A stretch of DNA of 64,000 nt from assembly GCA_963725925.1 (NCBI GenBank), contig CAVSAY010000016.1, positions 102,146 through 166,145 of the forward strand, read 5' to 3'. Under the pieces are notes generated by a model. The model did no database searches, was not told the origin of the DNA, and saw only the letters and a program-made list of their open reading frames with translations. Within the stretch, counting starts at the first letter, position 1, and each line of letters opens with the position of its first letter. Source of the stretch: an uncultured Solirubrobacterales bacterium (GTDB taxonomy: Bacteria > Actinomycetota > Thermoleophilia > Solirubrobacterales > Solirubrobacteraceae). Positions 1 through 7,824 of this stretch are shown here, piece after piece. The position numbers were made by a program, and so were the translations under genes.

Positions 1-405
1 GAGTGCTCGGTGCTGGGCAACGACGAGCCGGTCGCGTCGCAGCCCGGCGAGATCCTGCTCGCCACGGGCGAGGCCGGGTGGTACGACTACGAGGCGAAGT
101 ACACGCCCGGCGGCATGGAGCTGATCGTGCCCGCGCGGGTGCCCGATGCGGTCCGCGAGCGGGTGCGGTCACTGGCCGTCGAGACGTTCGTCAAATCCGG
201 CTGCCGCGGGCTGGCGCGAGTCGACTTCTTCGTCAACGGCGAGCAGGTGCTCGTCAACGAGCTCAACACGATGCCGGGGTTCACGAGCACCAGCGTGTAC
301 GCGGCGCTGTTCGATGCCAGCGGGGTGTCGTACGTGGAGCTGCTGGACCGGCTGCTGGGGTTGGCGGTCGAGGCGCACGAGGCCGAGGGGCGGGTGCGGC
401 ACTAG
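1..405 (+). CDS. ddl: D-alanine--D-alanine ligase, C-terminal part (5' end outside window)
   Basis: Frame open from base 1 (ECSVLGND...). Motifs WYDYEAKY, CRGLARVDFF and NELNTMPGFT are typical of the Ddl ATP-grasp C-terminus. Confidence 0.93.
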   Translation, partial: ECSVLGNDEPVASQPGEILLATGEAGWYDYEAKYTPGGMELIVPARVPDAVRERVRSLAVETFVKSGCRGLARVDFFVNGEQVLVNELNTMPGFTSTSVYAALFDASGVSYVELLDRLLGLAVEAHEAEGRVRH

Positions 406-418
406 GTTTTCATTGGCC

Positions 419-634
419 GAACGTCAACGGCCCATTGAAGGACCGGATCAGGCGGGTCCCGGGCCGCGAGAGGGCGCATTTCACGACAACGGGTGCGTTT
501 CGGCGGAGGGGTGTCGCGTTCTGAGCCCTATGGGCCGCAGATCACGACAGGCCTCGGTCGCTGACGATCGATTGTCGCGATATGCGGCCCGGAGTCACCC
601 ATTCATCCCGCTCCTCAATGGGCTGTTGACGTTC
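419..634. repeat. Dispersed nested-palindrome element, copy 1 (MITE/REP-like)
   Basis: Terminal inverted repeats GAACGTCAACGGCCCATTGAAGG ... CCTCAATGGGCTGTTGACGTTC with internal nested stems. Similar copies at 39562 and 59372. Confidence 0.85.
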
Positions 635-654
635 CGCCCGAGCAACCCGGCGAA

Positions 655-2166
655 CTACCTGTACAGCGTCACCTCGTCCAGCGCCAAGCTCGGATGGTTC
701 CCAAGGCTCGTGATCCACACGAGGTAGAACCGGTACTTCGTGTCCGAGCCCGTCAGCTGGATGTCCTGCTTGTGGGAGACGACGGTAGGCGCCGAGACCT
801 TCGCCCAGCCGCTGTCGGGCCAGGTCAGCGGCGGCTGGTCCTTGCGCGCGTAGATCGTGGCGGTGAAGCCGGGTGTGGTCGTGAAGATCCGCAGCACCCG
901 CGCGGCTGTCATCGGCCTCGCGTCGACGTACAGGCCGACGCCGGCCTTGTTCAGCGTGCCGCTGTAGTAGGTCTGGGTGGACCAGGCCGTGCCGAGCTGG
1001 TTGTCGATCGCCAGGCTCGCCTCGGGGTGCTCGTTGGAGGGGCTGCCGAGGGGGTTGAAGCCAAACGCGCAGCTCTGGCACAGCCGCACCTGCTTCAGTG
1101 ATGTGCCGCCGGTCGTCGAGGGGGAGCTCGGCGCCTTGACGTTCAGGTTGCCGGTCCCGTGGTGGGTACGCGTGGCCAGCCACACGACACCTCCCACGGC
1201 TGCCGCCGCAACCACCAGCAGCAGGATCACGGCCACCGCACGGTGACGCATCCGGAACGGGATCCGCCGCCGCGCCCTCGACGGCAGCGTCCGCAGAACG
1301 CTCGTCGCCTCGCCGGTGGCGCCGCCCGCCCGCGCCGTCTCGATCGCGAGCACGTCCTCGAGGTCGGCGATCAGTTCGGCGTCGTCGGCATAGCGGTTCT
1401 CTCGACGCTTGGAGGTGGCGGTGTCGATTACGGCGGCGAGCGCCGAGGACACCTCCGGGCGGCGATATTGCACGTCCGGGATCTCCTCGCGCACGTGCTT
1501 CATCGCCACGGCGACCTGGTTCTCGCCCTTGAACGGCACCTCGCCGGTGACCATCTCGTAGAGCACGATCCCCAGCGAATAGAGGTCCGACTGCCCGGTC
1601 ACGTCCTGCCCGAGGGCCTGTTCGGGCGACACATAGTCGGTCGTGCCGAGAACCCGCCCGTCGGCGGTCAGGCCCTCCTCGTCGAGCGTGCGCGCGATCC
1701 CGAAGTCGGTGACCTTGGCCGAACCCTCCTCGTCGATCAGCACGTTCTGGGGCTTGACGTCGCGGTGGACGATGTGCCGGGCGTGCGCGGCGCCCAGCGC
1801 CCGCGCGATCTCGATCCCGTACGCCACGGCCTCGGCGATCGGCAGCCGCCCGTTGCGCCGGATCCGCTCCTTCAGGGTCTCGCCCTCGACGTACTCGAAC
1901 ACGATGTACGGCCGCCCCTCATCCTCGCCGGCGTCGATCACGCCGACGATGTGCGGGTGCGACAGCTGGGCCACGGCACGGGCCTCGCGACGGAACCGCT
2001 CGAGCTGGTCGGAGTCGCTGGTCACCTCTCGGTTCATCAGCTTGATCGCGACCTGGCGCTGGAGCGTCTCGTCGAGCGCGCGATACACGGTCGACATCCC
2101 GCCTGCCCCGATCCTGGCCTCGAGTCGATAACGGCCATTGAGCGTGGTGCCGAGCAGTGTGGTCAT
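655..2166 (-). CDS. Hanks-type Ser/Thr protein kinase with one TM helix and an extracellular beta (discoidin-like) domain
   Basis: IGAGGMSTVY, VAIK, HRDVKPQN, DFGIA, GTTDYVSPEQ. Hydrophobic segment VAVILLLVVAAAAVGGVVWL. No PASTA repeats seen. Confidence 0.93.
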   Translation of the reverse strand: MTTLLGTTLNGRYRLEARIGAGGMSTVYRALDETLQRQVAIKLMNREVTSDSDQLERFRREARAVAQLSHPHIVGVIDAGEDEGRPYIVFEYVEGETLKERIRRNGRLPIAEAVAYGIEIARALGAAHARHIVHRDVKPQNVLIDEEGSAKVTDFGIARTLDEEGLTADGRVLGTTDYVSPEQALGQDVTGQSDLYSLGIVLYEMVTGEVPFKGENQVAVAMKHVREEIPDVQYRRPEVSSALAAVIDTATSKRRENRYADDAELIADLEDVLAIETARAGGATGEATSVLRTLPSRARRRIPFRMRHRAVAVILLLVVAAAAVGGVVWLATRTHHGTGNLNVKAPSSPSTTGGTSLKQVRLCQSCAFGFNPLGSPSNEHPEASLAIDNQLGTAWSTQTYYSGTLNKAGVGLYVDARPMTAARVLRIFTTTPGFTATIYARKDQPPLTWPDSGWAKVSAPTVVSHKQDIQLTGSDTKYRFYLVWITSLGNHPSLALDEVTLYR

Positions 2167-2233
2167 CTATTAGCCCCTATTTTGCGCCAACTGCCCGTCG
2201 TTCACACGGAAAAATCCTGGATTCGCGCGGCTC

Positions 2234-3040
2234 TCATCGTGAAATCTCCCCCTCTCGGGCCTCACGACGAAGCCTTCGGGCGACCAATCCGGCCAGCGCC
2301 ACGCGGTAGGCCGCGTAGGGCAGCAGCGAGCGGTCGCGCTCGACCTGACGGATCAGCCACGTCGACCCCAGGGTCGAGGCGAACGCGGCGAGCGCGCCGG
2401 CGGCGAACGGCACCCCGGTCCCAGGCGGCAGCCCGCGGCGCTTGAGCCGCCATCCCTTGAGCGCGGTCGCGCCCGCGATCACGGGCAGCGCCGCATGGCG
2501 CGACAGCCGGTTGGCGTCCGCCCGGGTGAACCGGCGGGCCCTGGCGGCCGCGAGCGTCGCGCCGTTGCGCGAGATCCCCGGGACGAGCGCGCACGCCTGG
2601 GCCACTCCCAGCCACAGCGCGTCGCACGCTCCCGCCTCGGTGTGCGTGCGCTCCTGGGACGCCCGGTCCGACCACGCCATCGCGATCGCCCCGATCACGA
2701 GCGCCGCGGCGATCGTCGGCGGCGTTCCGAAGCGACCCTCGATCGGGCGCTCCAGCGTGTAGCCCACGACTGCGGGCGGTGCAAACGACAGCGCGATCAG
2801 CGCGAGCCGCCGCGCGTTCAGCCCGCGCACGGCTTCGTCGACCTCATCGCGCAGGGTGATCAGCAGCGCCGCAGCGGTCCCGGCGTGTACCACGACTTCG
2901 AACGACTTGCGCAGCTCGTCGTCGAGCTGGTCGTAGTCCCAATGCAGCAGCCAGGGGATCAGCGCCACATGGCCCGACGAGGAGATCGGAAGCAGCTCGG
3001 CGGGGCCGTGCAGCGCGCCGAGCGCGATCGCCTGACCCAC
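2234..3040 (-). CDS. uppP: Undecaprenyl-diphosphate phosphatase (BacA/UppP); true start possibly ATG 3077 if there is an indel at ~3063
   Basis: GPAELLPISSSGH and QACALVPGISRNGAT match the BacA signature motifs; polytopic membrane protein. Confidence 0.9.
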   Translation of the reverse strand: MGQAIALGALHGPAELLPISSSGHVALIPWLLHWDYDQLDDELRKSFEVVVHAGTAAALLITLRDEVDEAVRGLNARRLALIALSFAPPAVVGYTLERPIEGRFGTPPTIAAALVIGAIAMAWSDRASQERTHTEAGACDALWLGVAQACALVPGISRNGATLAAARARRFTRADANRLSRHAALPVIAGATALKGWRLKRRGLPPGTGVPFAAGALAAFASTLGSTWLIRQVERDRSLLPYAAYRVALAGLVARRLRREAREGEISR

Positions 3041-3783
3041 CCGCAGCTTTTGGCCGGCGCTACCTCTGTCCGGACATCCACGGGTGCCTCGGCGGACTCC
3101 ACCGGCTCCCCGCTGTGCTGCGCAGACGTTTCCATGCCCGCGACTGGAGCCTCCGCGTGACCCCGAGCCCCGCGGCGCCGCCTGATCAGCAGGTAGGCGA
3201 TCGCCGCGAGCACGAGCACCACGACCGCGTAGTCGACGTACTCGAGGTGGTGGCGCCAGCTGCTCCAGTTGCTGCCCACCTCGCGTCCCAGCACGCCCAG
3301 GCCGCCGATCCAGATGATCGAGCCGGCCAGTGCCGCCAGGAAGAAGCGCACGAACGGCATCTCGGCGACGCCGGCGGCATACGGGAACGCCGCCCGCGCG
3401 AACGGGATCATCCGTGACACGAAGATCGCGGGCGCTCCATGGCGTTCGGACCAGCGATGGGCGCGTTCGAGCTTCTGCGGATTGACGTGAAGCTTGCTCC
3501 CCTGTCGCTCCAGCAGCTCGCGGCGCCCGTAATAGCCGATCGTGTAGGCGATCGACGCCCCGGCCATGTCTCCCACGACGCCCGCGACGATGATCCCCGG
3601 CAGCGTCAGATTGCCGTTGTAGACGTCAAAGCCGGCGAACAGCATCACCGGTTCGGTGCCCGGTACGCCGATTACGCCGGTGGTCGCGGTCAGCACCGCC
3701 ACGCCCGCGTAGCCAAGGCTGTCGATCACGTTCGTAGCCAGGTTGACCAGCGGCCCGGTCACGGATGCGAAGGCAGCAAGCAC
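2959..3783 (-). CDS. DedA family membrane protein (3' end probably extended by an indel at ~3063)
   Basis: Start GTG 3783 (MLAAFASVTGPLVNL). GVPGTEPVMLFAG, AIFVSRMIPFAR and AGVAEMPFVRF are DedA/SNARE-associated motifs. Confidence 0.88.
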   Translation of the reverse strand: MLAAFASVTGPLVNLATNVIDSLGYAGVAVLTATTGVIGVPGTEPVMLFAGFDVYNGNLTLPGIIVAGVVGDMAGASIAYTIGYYGRRELLERQGSKLHVNPQKLERAHRWSERHGAPAIFVSRMIPFARAAFPYAAGVAEMPFVRFFLAALAGSIIWIGGLGVLGREVGSNWSSWRHHLEYVDYAVVVLVLAAIAYLLIRRRRGARGHAEAPVAGMETSAQHSGEPVESAEAPVDVRTEVAPAKSCGWVRRSRSARCTAPPSCFRSPRRAMWR

Positions 3784-3849
3784 GCGCCAAGAGCGTAGCG
3801 GGCACCAGGCCGCCGACGACACACCTGTTGTTAGGGTTCGCCGCTGCTC

Positions 3850-4936
3850 ATGACGATCCCACTGTTCGACACGGCGACGCTGCAGGCGCCGCTGCACAAG
3901 AGAATCAACGAACGGATCGGCGAGGTGATCGAGCGTGGCGCCTTCATCCTCGGTCCGGAGGTGCAGGCGTTCGAGCGCGAGTTCGCCGACTATCTCGGCG
4001 TCCGCCACGTGATCGGCGTGGGCAACGGCACCGACGCGATCACGATCGGGCTCAGGGCGCTGGGCGTGCAGCCGGGCGACGAGGTGGTGGTGCCGTCGTT
4101 CACGTTCTACGCGACCGCCGAGGCCACCGTCACGGCCGGAGCGCGGCCGGTGTTCTGCGACGTCGACCCCGACACCCGCAACATCACCGCCCAAACCGTC
4201 AAGGCGGTCATGACGCCGCGCACGAAGGCGATCGTCGCGGTCGACCTGTTCGGGCTGCCGGCGCCGCTGGACGAGCTTGCAGACCTTGGCGTGCCGGTGC
4301 TCGAGGACGCGGCCCAGGCCGCCGGGGCGAGCCTGGGCGACCGCCGTGCCGGGCGCGCTCGCCGACGCCGCGACGTTCTCGTTCTACCCCTCCAAGAACC
4401 TCGGTGCCTTCGGCGACGGCGGCGCGATCGCGACCGACGACGACGACGTCGCAGCGCTCGCGCGCGCCCTGCGCTTCCACGGTTCGCGCGACAAGCAGAG
4501 CTTCGAGTACGTCGGCTACAACTCGCGGCTCGACGAGGTTCAGGCGGCGATCCTGCGGATCCTGCTGGCCGAGCTCGACGACTGGTGCGATCGCCGCCGA
4601 GCGGCCGCCGACGCGTATGCGCAGGCCGGGATCGCCGAGTACGTATCCCCGCCCGCGGTACCCAACGGCGCCAAGCCCGCGTGGCACCTGTACGTGGTGA
4701 CCCATCCAAAGGCGGACGATCTGATCGCCGGACTCAAGGAGCGCGGCATCGGGACGCGCGGCTACTACCGCACGCCGCTGCATCGCCAAGCCGCGATGTC
4801 GCCGTACGCGACGGACGCGCCGCTCCCCGTCACCGACGCGCTCAGCCGCGACAACCTCGCGCTGCCGATGAGCCCGGTGCTGACCTCGGCGCAGGCCGGC
4901 GAGGTCGTGGCGGCGCTTGCGGCACTGGCCAGTTGA
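3850..4936 (+). pseudogene. DegT/DnrJ/EryC1/StrS PLP-dependent sugar aminotransferase, frameshifted at ~4351-4353 (possible sequencing error)
   Basis: N-half VGNGTDA, VPSFTFYAT, VLEDAAQA in one frame; C-half FSFYPSKNLGAFGDGG, GYNSRLDEVQAA in the next. Removing one G from GGG restores RRAGALADAATFSF. Confidence 0.88.
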
Positions 4937-5982
4937 AGGTCTGGATCGACCTCACCAACTCGCCTCACGTGCTGGTGATGCGGCCCGTGATCGCCGACCT
5001 GCGCGCTCGCGGACACGACGTGCAGGTCACCGCGCGCGACTTCGCCCAGACGCTGGGCCTGTGCGACCGCTTCGGGATCGAGCACACCGCGATCGGGCGC
5101 CACCGCGGCGGCAACCTGCTCGACAAGGCCCGAGGGCTCGGCGAGCGCTCGCTGGAGCTCACCCGCTGGGCCAAGGGCCGGGGCTTTGAGCTCGCGCTCG
5201 GCCACGGGTCCAACGACGTCACCGTCGCGGCGGCGCTGCTGCGGATCCCGTCGGCGACGATGTTCGACTACGAATGGGCGACCGTGCAGCACCACATCAA
5301 CTGCCGGCTCGCGCGCAGCATCGTGGTTCCGGATGCGATCCCCCCCGAGCGGCTGCGCCGCTACGGCGCCGACGACAAGATCCACGCCTACGAGGGCCTC
5401 AAGGAGGAGTACTACCTGGCGGACTTCGAGCCCGACTCCGGTGTGCTCTCAGAGCTCGGACTCGACGCTTCGCAGCCGATCGCGCTCGTGCGCACCGCGC
5501 CGGAGGTCTCTCTCTACCACCGCTTCGAGAACGACCTGTTCGCGCAGGTGCTCGACAGGCTCAAGGGCTCCCAGACGGTCGTACTGGCGCGCACGCCCGA
5601 GCAGCGCGAGCAGCTCGTGCAGGCCGGGGGCTTCATCGTTCCCGAGCGCGCAATCGACGCGCAGTCCCTGATCGCCTACTCGGATCTGGTTGTGTCCGCG
5701 GGCGGGACGATGAACCGCGAGGCGGTCGCGCTGGGGACGCCCGTGCTGACGGTGTTCGAGGGTCGCCTGGGTGCTGTCGACGAGCGACTGATCGCCCAGG
5801 GCCGCCTCGGTCAGCTGCACAGCGCCGACCAGCTGGAGCTGGTCAAACGGGGCACCGCCGACGGTGCGAGAGCCGCGCGCGTGCGGCGTGACCCGGCAAT
5901 CCTCACGAGTCTGCTGCTGACCGCGGCGAGGCCGGCCAGAAAAGGCCGCAGACAGATACGCAGCGGCCGCGTCTCACCCTGA
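4933..5982 (+). CDS. DUF354 family protein (GT-B-like fold)
   Basis: TTG start overlapping the upstream TGA. MKVWIDLTNSPHV, HGSND, MFDYE and GGTMNREAVALGTP are typical of DUF354. Confidence 0.85.
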   Translation: MKVWIDLTNSPHVLVMRPVIADLRARGHDVQVTARDFAQTLGLCDRFGIEHTAIGRHRGGNLLDKARGLGERSLELTRWAKGRGFELALGHGSNDVTVAAALLRIPSATMFDYEWATVQHHINCRLARSIVVPDAIPPERLRRYGADDKIHAYEGLKEEYYLADFEPDSGVLSELGLDASQPIALVRTAPEVSLYHRFENDLFAQVLDRLKGSQTVVLARTPEQREQLVQAGGFIVPERAIDAQSLIAYSDLVVSAGGTMNREAVALGTPVLTVFEGRLGAVDERLIAQGRLGQLHSADQLELVKRGTADGARAARVRRDPAILTSLLLTAARPARKGRRQIRSGRVSP

Positions 5983-6010
5983 AATCCCGCTGCAAGCAGG
6001 GATTTTCTTC
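5983..6010 (+). terminator. Putative intrinsic terminator
   Basis: AATCCC..GGGATT stem followed by TTCTTC directly after the DUF354 stop. Confidence 0.4.
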
Positions 6011-6074
6011 CCCGGCAAAACCCTGTCACAGCAGCGCAACATCTGCTCGATTGCCGTGTTACGGTGCTTTTAGA

Positions 6075-7640
6075 ATGCCTTTTCGACAAATTAAGACCAG
6101 AATCGGCCTGGCTCTAGCCGCGACCGCCTGCATCGCCGCCGTCGCCGCCGCCAGCGCCCAGGCAGCATCCGCCGCGCCCATCGGCGCGTTCACGAAGAAG
6201 GGCGCCTGGAGCTTCGTGTCTGCTCCGAAGCTGCATCCGCCAAAGCTCATCACCCTTCGCCCCACGGCGACGAGCAAGCTCGCGCCCGGCTACTTCATGG
6301 TCGCGAACTTCAAGAACCTCACCACCAGCGCGCCGATGGTCGGCGAGGGTGGCCCGCTGATGCTCGACAACAAGCTTCAGCCGGTGTGGTTCAACCCCGT
6401 GGGAACCAACCAGCTCGCCGGCAACCTGCGCGAGCAGAGCTATCTGGGCAAGCCGGTGCTGACCTACTGGCAGGGGCTGATCTCGAGCGTCGGGGAGACC
6501 ACGAGCGGACAGTTCATCGTGGTCGACCAGCACTACAAGAAGATCGCCTCGATCAAGGGGCAGGACGGCTGGGTGCTCAGCGAGCACGACTTCGTCATCA
6601 GCGGCGGCGACGCTTGGGTCACCGCCTACAAGGACGTCACGATGGACCTGTCGGCGTTCGGCGGCCCGGTCAACGGGACCCTGTCTGACTCCGCCGTCCA
6701 GGAGTACGACCTGAAGACGGGCAAGCTCGTCAAGACGTGGGACGCGCTCCAGCACATTCCGCTGACGCAGTCGCAGACCCATCCCGCGCCCGTGCCGGGC
6801 GTGGCCTGGGACGCCTACCACATCAACTCGATCCAGCTCAACGGCGGCGGATCGTTCTTGACGTCGTTCCGTAACACCTGGGCGGCGTACCTGGTCAACG
6901 CCGCCGGCGACGTCGAGTGGACGCTGAGCGGCAACCAGAAGATCAGCTCCTACAAGCTCCCGTCCAACGCTCAGTTCCAGTTCCAGCATGACGTCCAGCT
7001 GCTGCCCGGCAACACGGTCAGCTTGTTCAACGACGCCTGCTGCAACATCCTCGGCGCGGGCAAGTTCGCGCCGCCGATCGGGCCCTCCACGGCGCTCGTG
7101 CTGAAGCTGAACAACGCCAACCACACCGGCTCGCTGGTCAGCTCCTACAGCCGCGGCAAGAAGTTCAACGCCGCGTTCCTCGGAAGCGCGCAGGTGCTCT
7201 CCAACGGCAACGTGGCGATCAGCTGGGGCTCACAGCCGCTGTTCTCGGAGGTCTCCAAGACCGGCAAGGTGCTGCTCGACGCGGCCTGGCCCAACCCCGA
7301 CGTCAACTACCGCGTGTACGTCCAGAAGTGGACGGGCATCCCCTCCTGGGCGCCCAACGGCGCCGTGCGCAAGTCCGGCAGCAAGACCACCGTGTACGCG
7401 AGCTGGGACGGGTCCACGCAGGTGGCGAACTGGCGCGTGCTCGGCGGTAAGGACGCCAAGCACCTCGCGAGCGTCGCCACGAAGACCAAGAGCGGCTTCG
7501 AGACGGCGATCTCCCTGGGAACGCTGTCGTTCAAGGCCTACAAGGTCCAGGCGCTCGACAGCAAGGGCCACGTGCTGCGCACGAGCGGGGTCTTCCCGCA
7601 GAGCGGCTCGGGGACCTCGCAGCTGCCGCAGGGCTACTGA
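6075..7640 (+). CDS. Secreted arylsulfotransferase (ASST) family protein
   Basis: ATG 6075, Ala-rich signal peptide. WDAYHINSI and FQFQHDVQ resemble the ASST His-containing motifs; C-terminal YASWDGSTQVANWRV domain. Confidence 0.8.
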   Translation: MPFRQIKTRIGLALAATACIAAVAAASAQAASAAPIGAFTKKGAWSFVSAPKLHPPKLITLRPTATSKLAPGYFMVANFKNLTTSAPMVGEGGPLMLDNKLQPVWFNPVGTNQLAGNLREQSYLGKPVLTYWQGLISSVGETTSGQFIVVDQHYKKIASIKGQDGWVLSEHDFVISGGDAWVTAYKDVTMDLSAFGGPVNGTLSDSAVQEYDLKTGKLVKTWDALQHIPLTQSQTHPAPVPGVAWDAYHINSIQLNGGGSFLTSFRNTWAAYLVNAAGDVEWTLSGNQKISSYKLPSNAQFQFQHDVQLLPGNTVSLFNDACCNILGAGKFAPPIGPSTALVLKLNNANHTGSLVSSYSRGKKFNAAFLGSAQVLSNGNVAISWGSQPLFSEVSKTGKVLLDAAWPNPDVNYRVYVQKWTGIPSWAPNGAVRKSGSKTTVYASWDGSTQVANWRVLGGKDAKHLASVATKTKSGFETAISLGTLSFKAYKVQALDSKGHVLRTSGVFPQSGSGTSQLPQGY

Positions 7641-7652
7641 GATAGACGCATC

Positions 7653-7689
7653 CGGCCGTCCCGGAGTCGCTAGGCTCCGGGACGGACCG
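7653..7689. terminator. GC-rich hairpin after the arylsulfotransferase
   Basis: Perfect 11-bp stem CCGTCCCGGAG / CTCCGGGACGG with an 8-nt loop; no U tract. Confidence 0.5.
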
Positions 7690-7824
7690 TGTGCGGCCTG
7701 TTAGCGCTCTGACCGTGAGTGGTTAAGGGTCTGCGAAGCTCGCCGCGAACGGATCGGACGTGGGTACTGTGACCGGAGCGGTGCGGCTGCGCGTGCATGG
7801 ATTGGGAGCTTTGGGGCGGGTGAC

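Noticed and set aside
419-634. Palindrome family read as an IS element or CRISPR
   Set aside because: No transposase ORF inside or adjacent, no clear target-site duplication seen, and the copies are dispersed rather than arrayed. Kept only as a MITE/REP-like candidate.
4354-4932. DegT-DUF354 fusion suggested by the 710-aa ORF 3850-5982
   Set aside because: Artefact of the +1 indel at ~4352. The genuine DegT C-terminus is in another frame and ends at 4936, and DUF354 has its own TTG.
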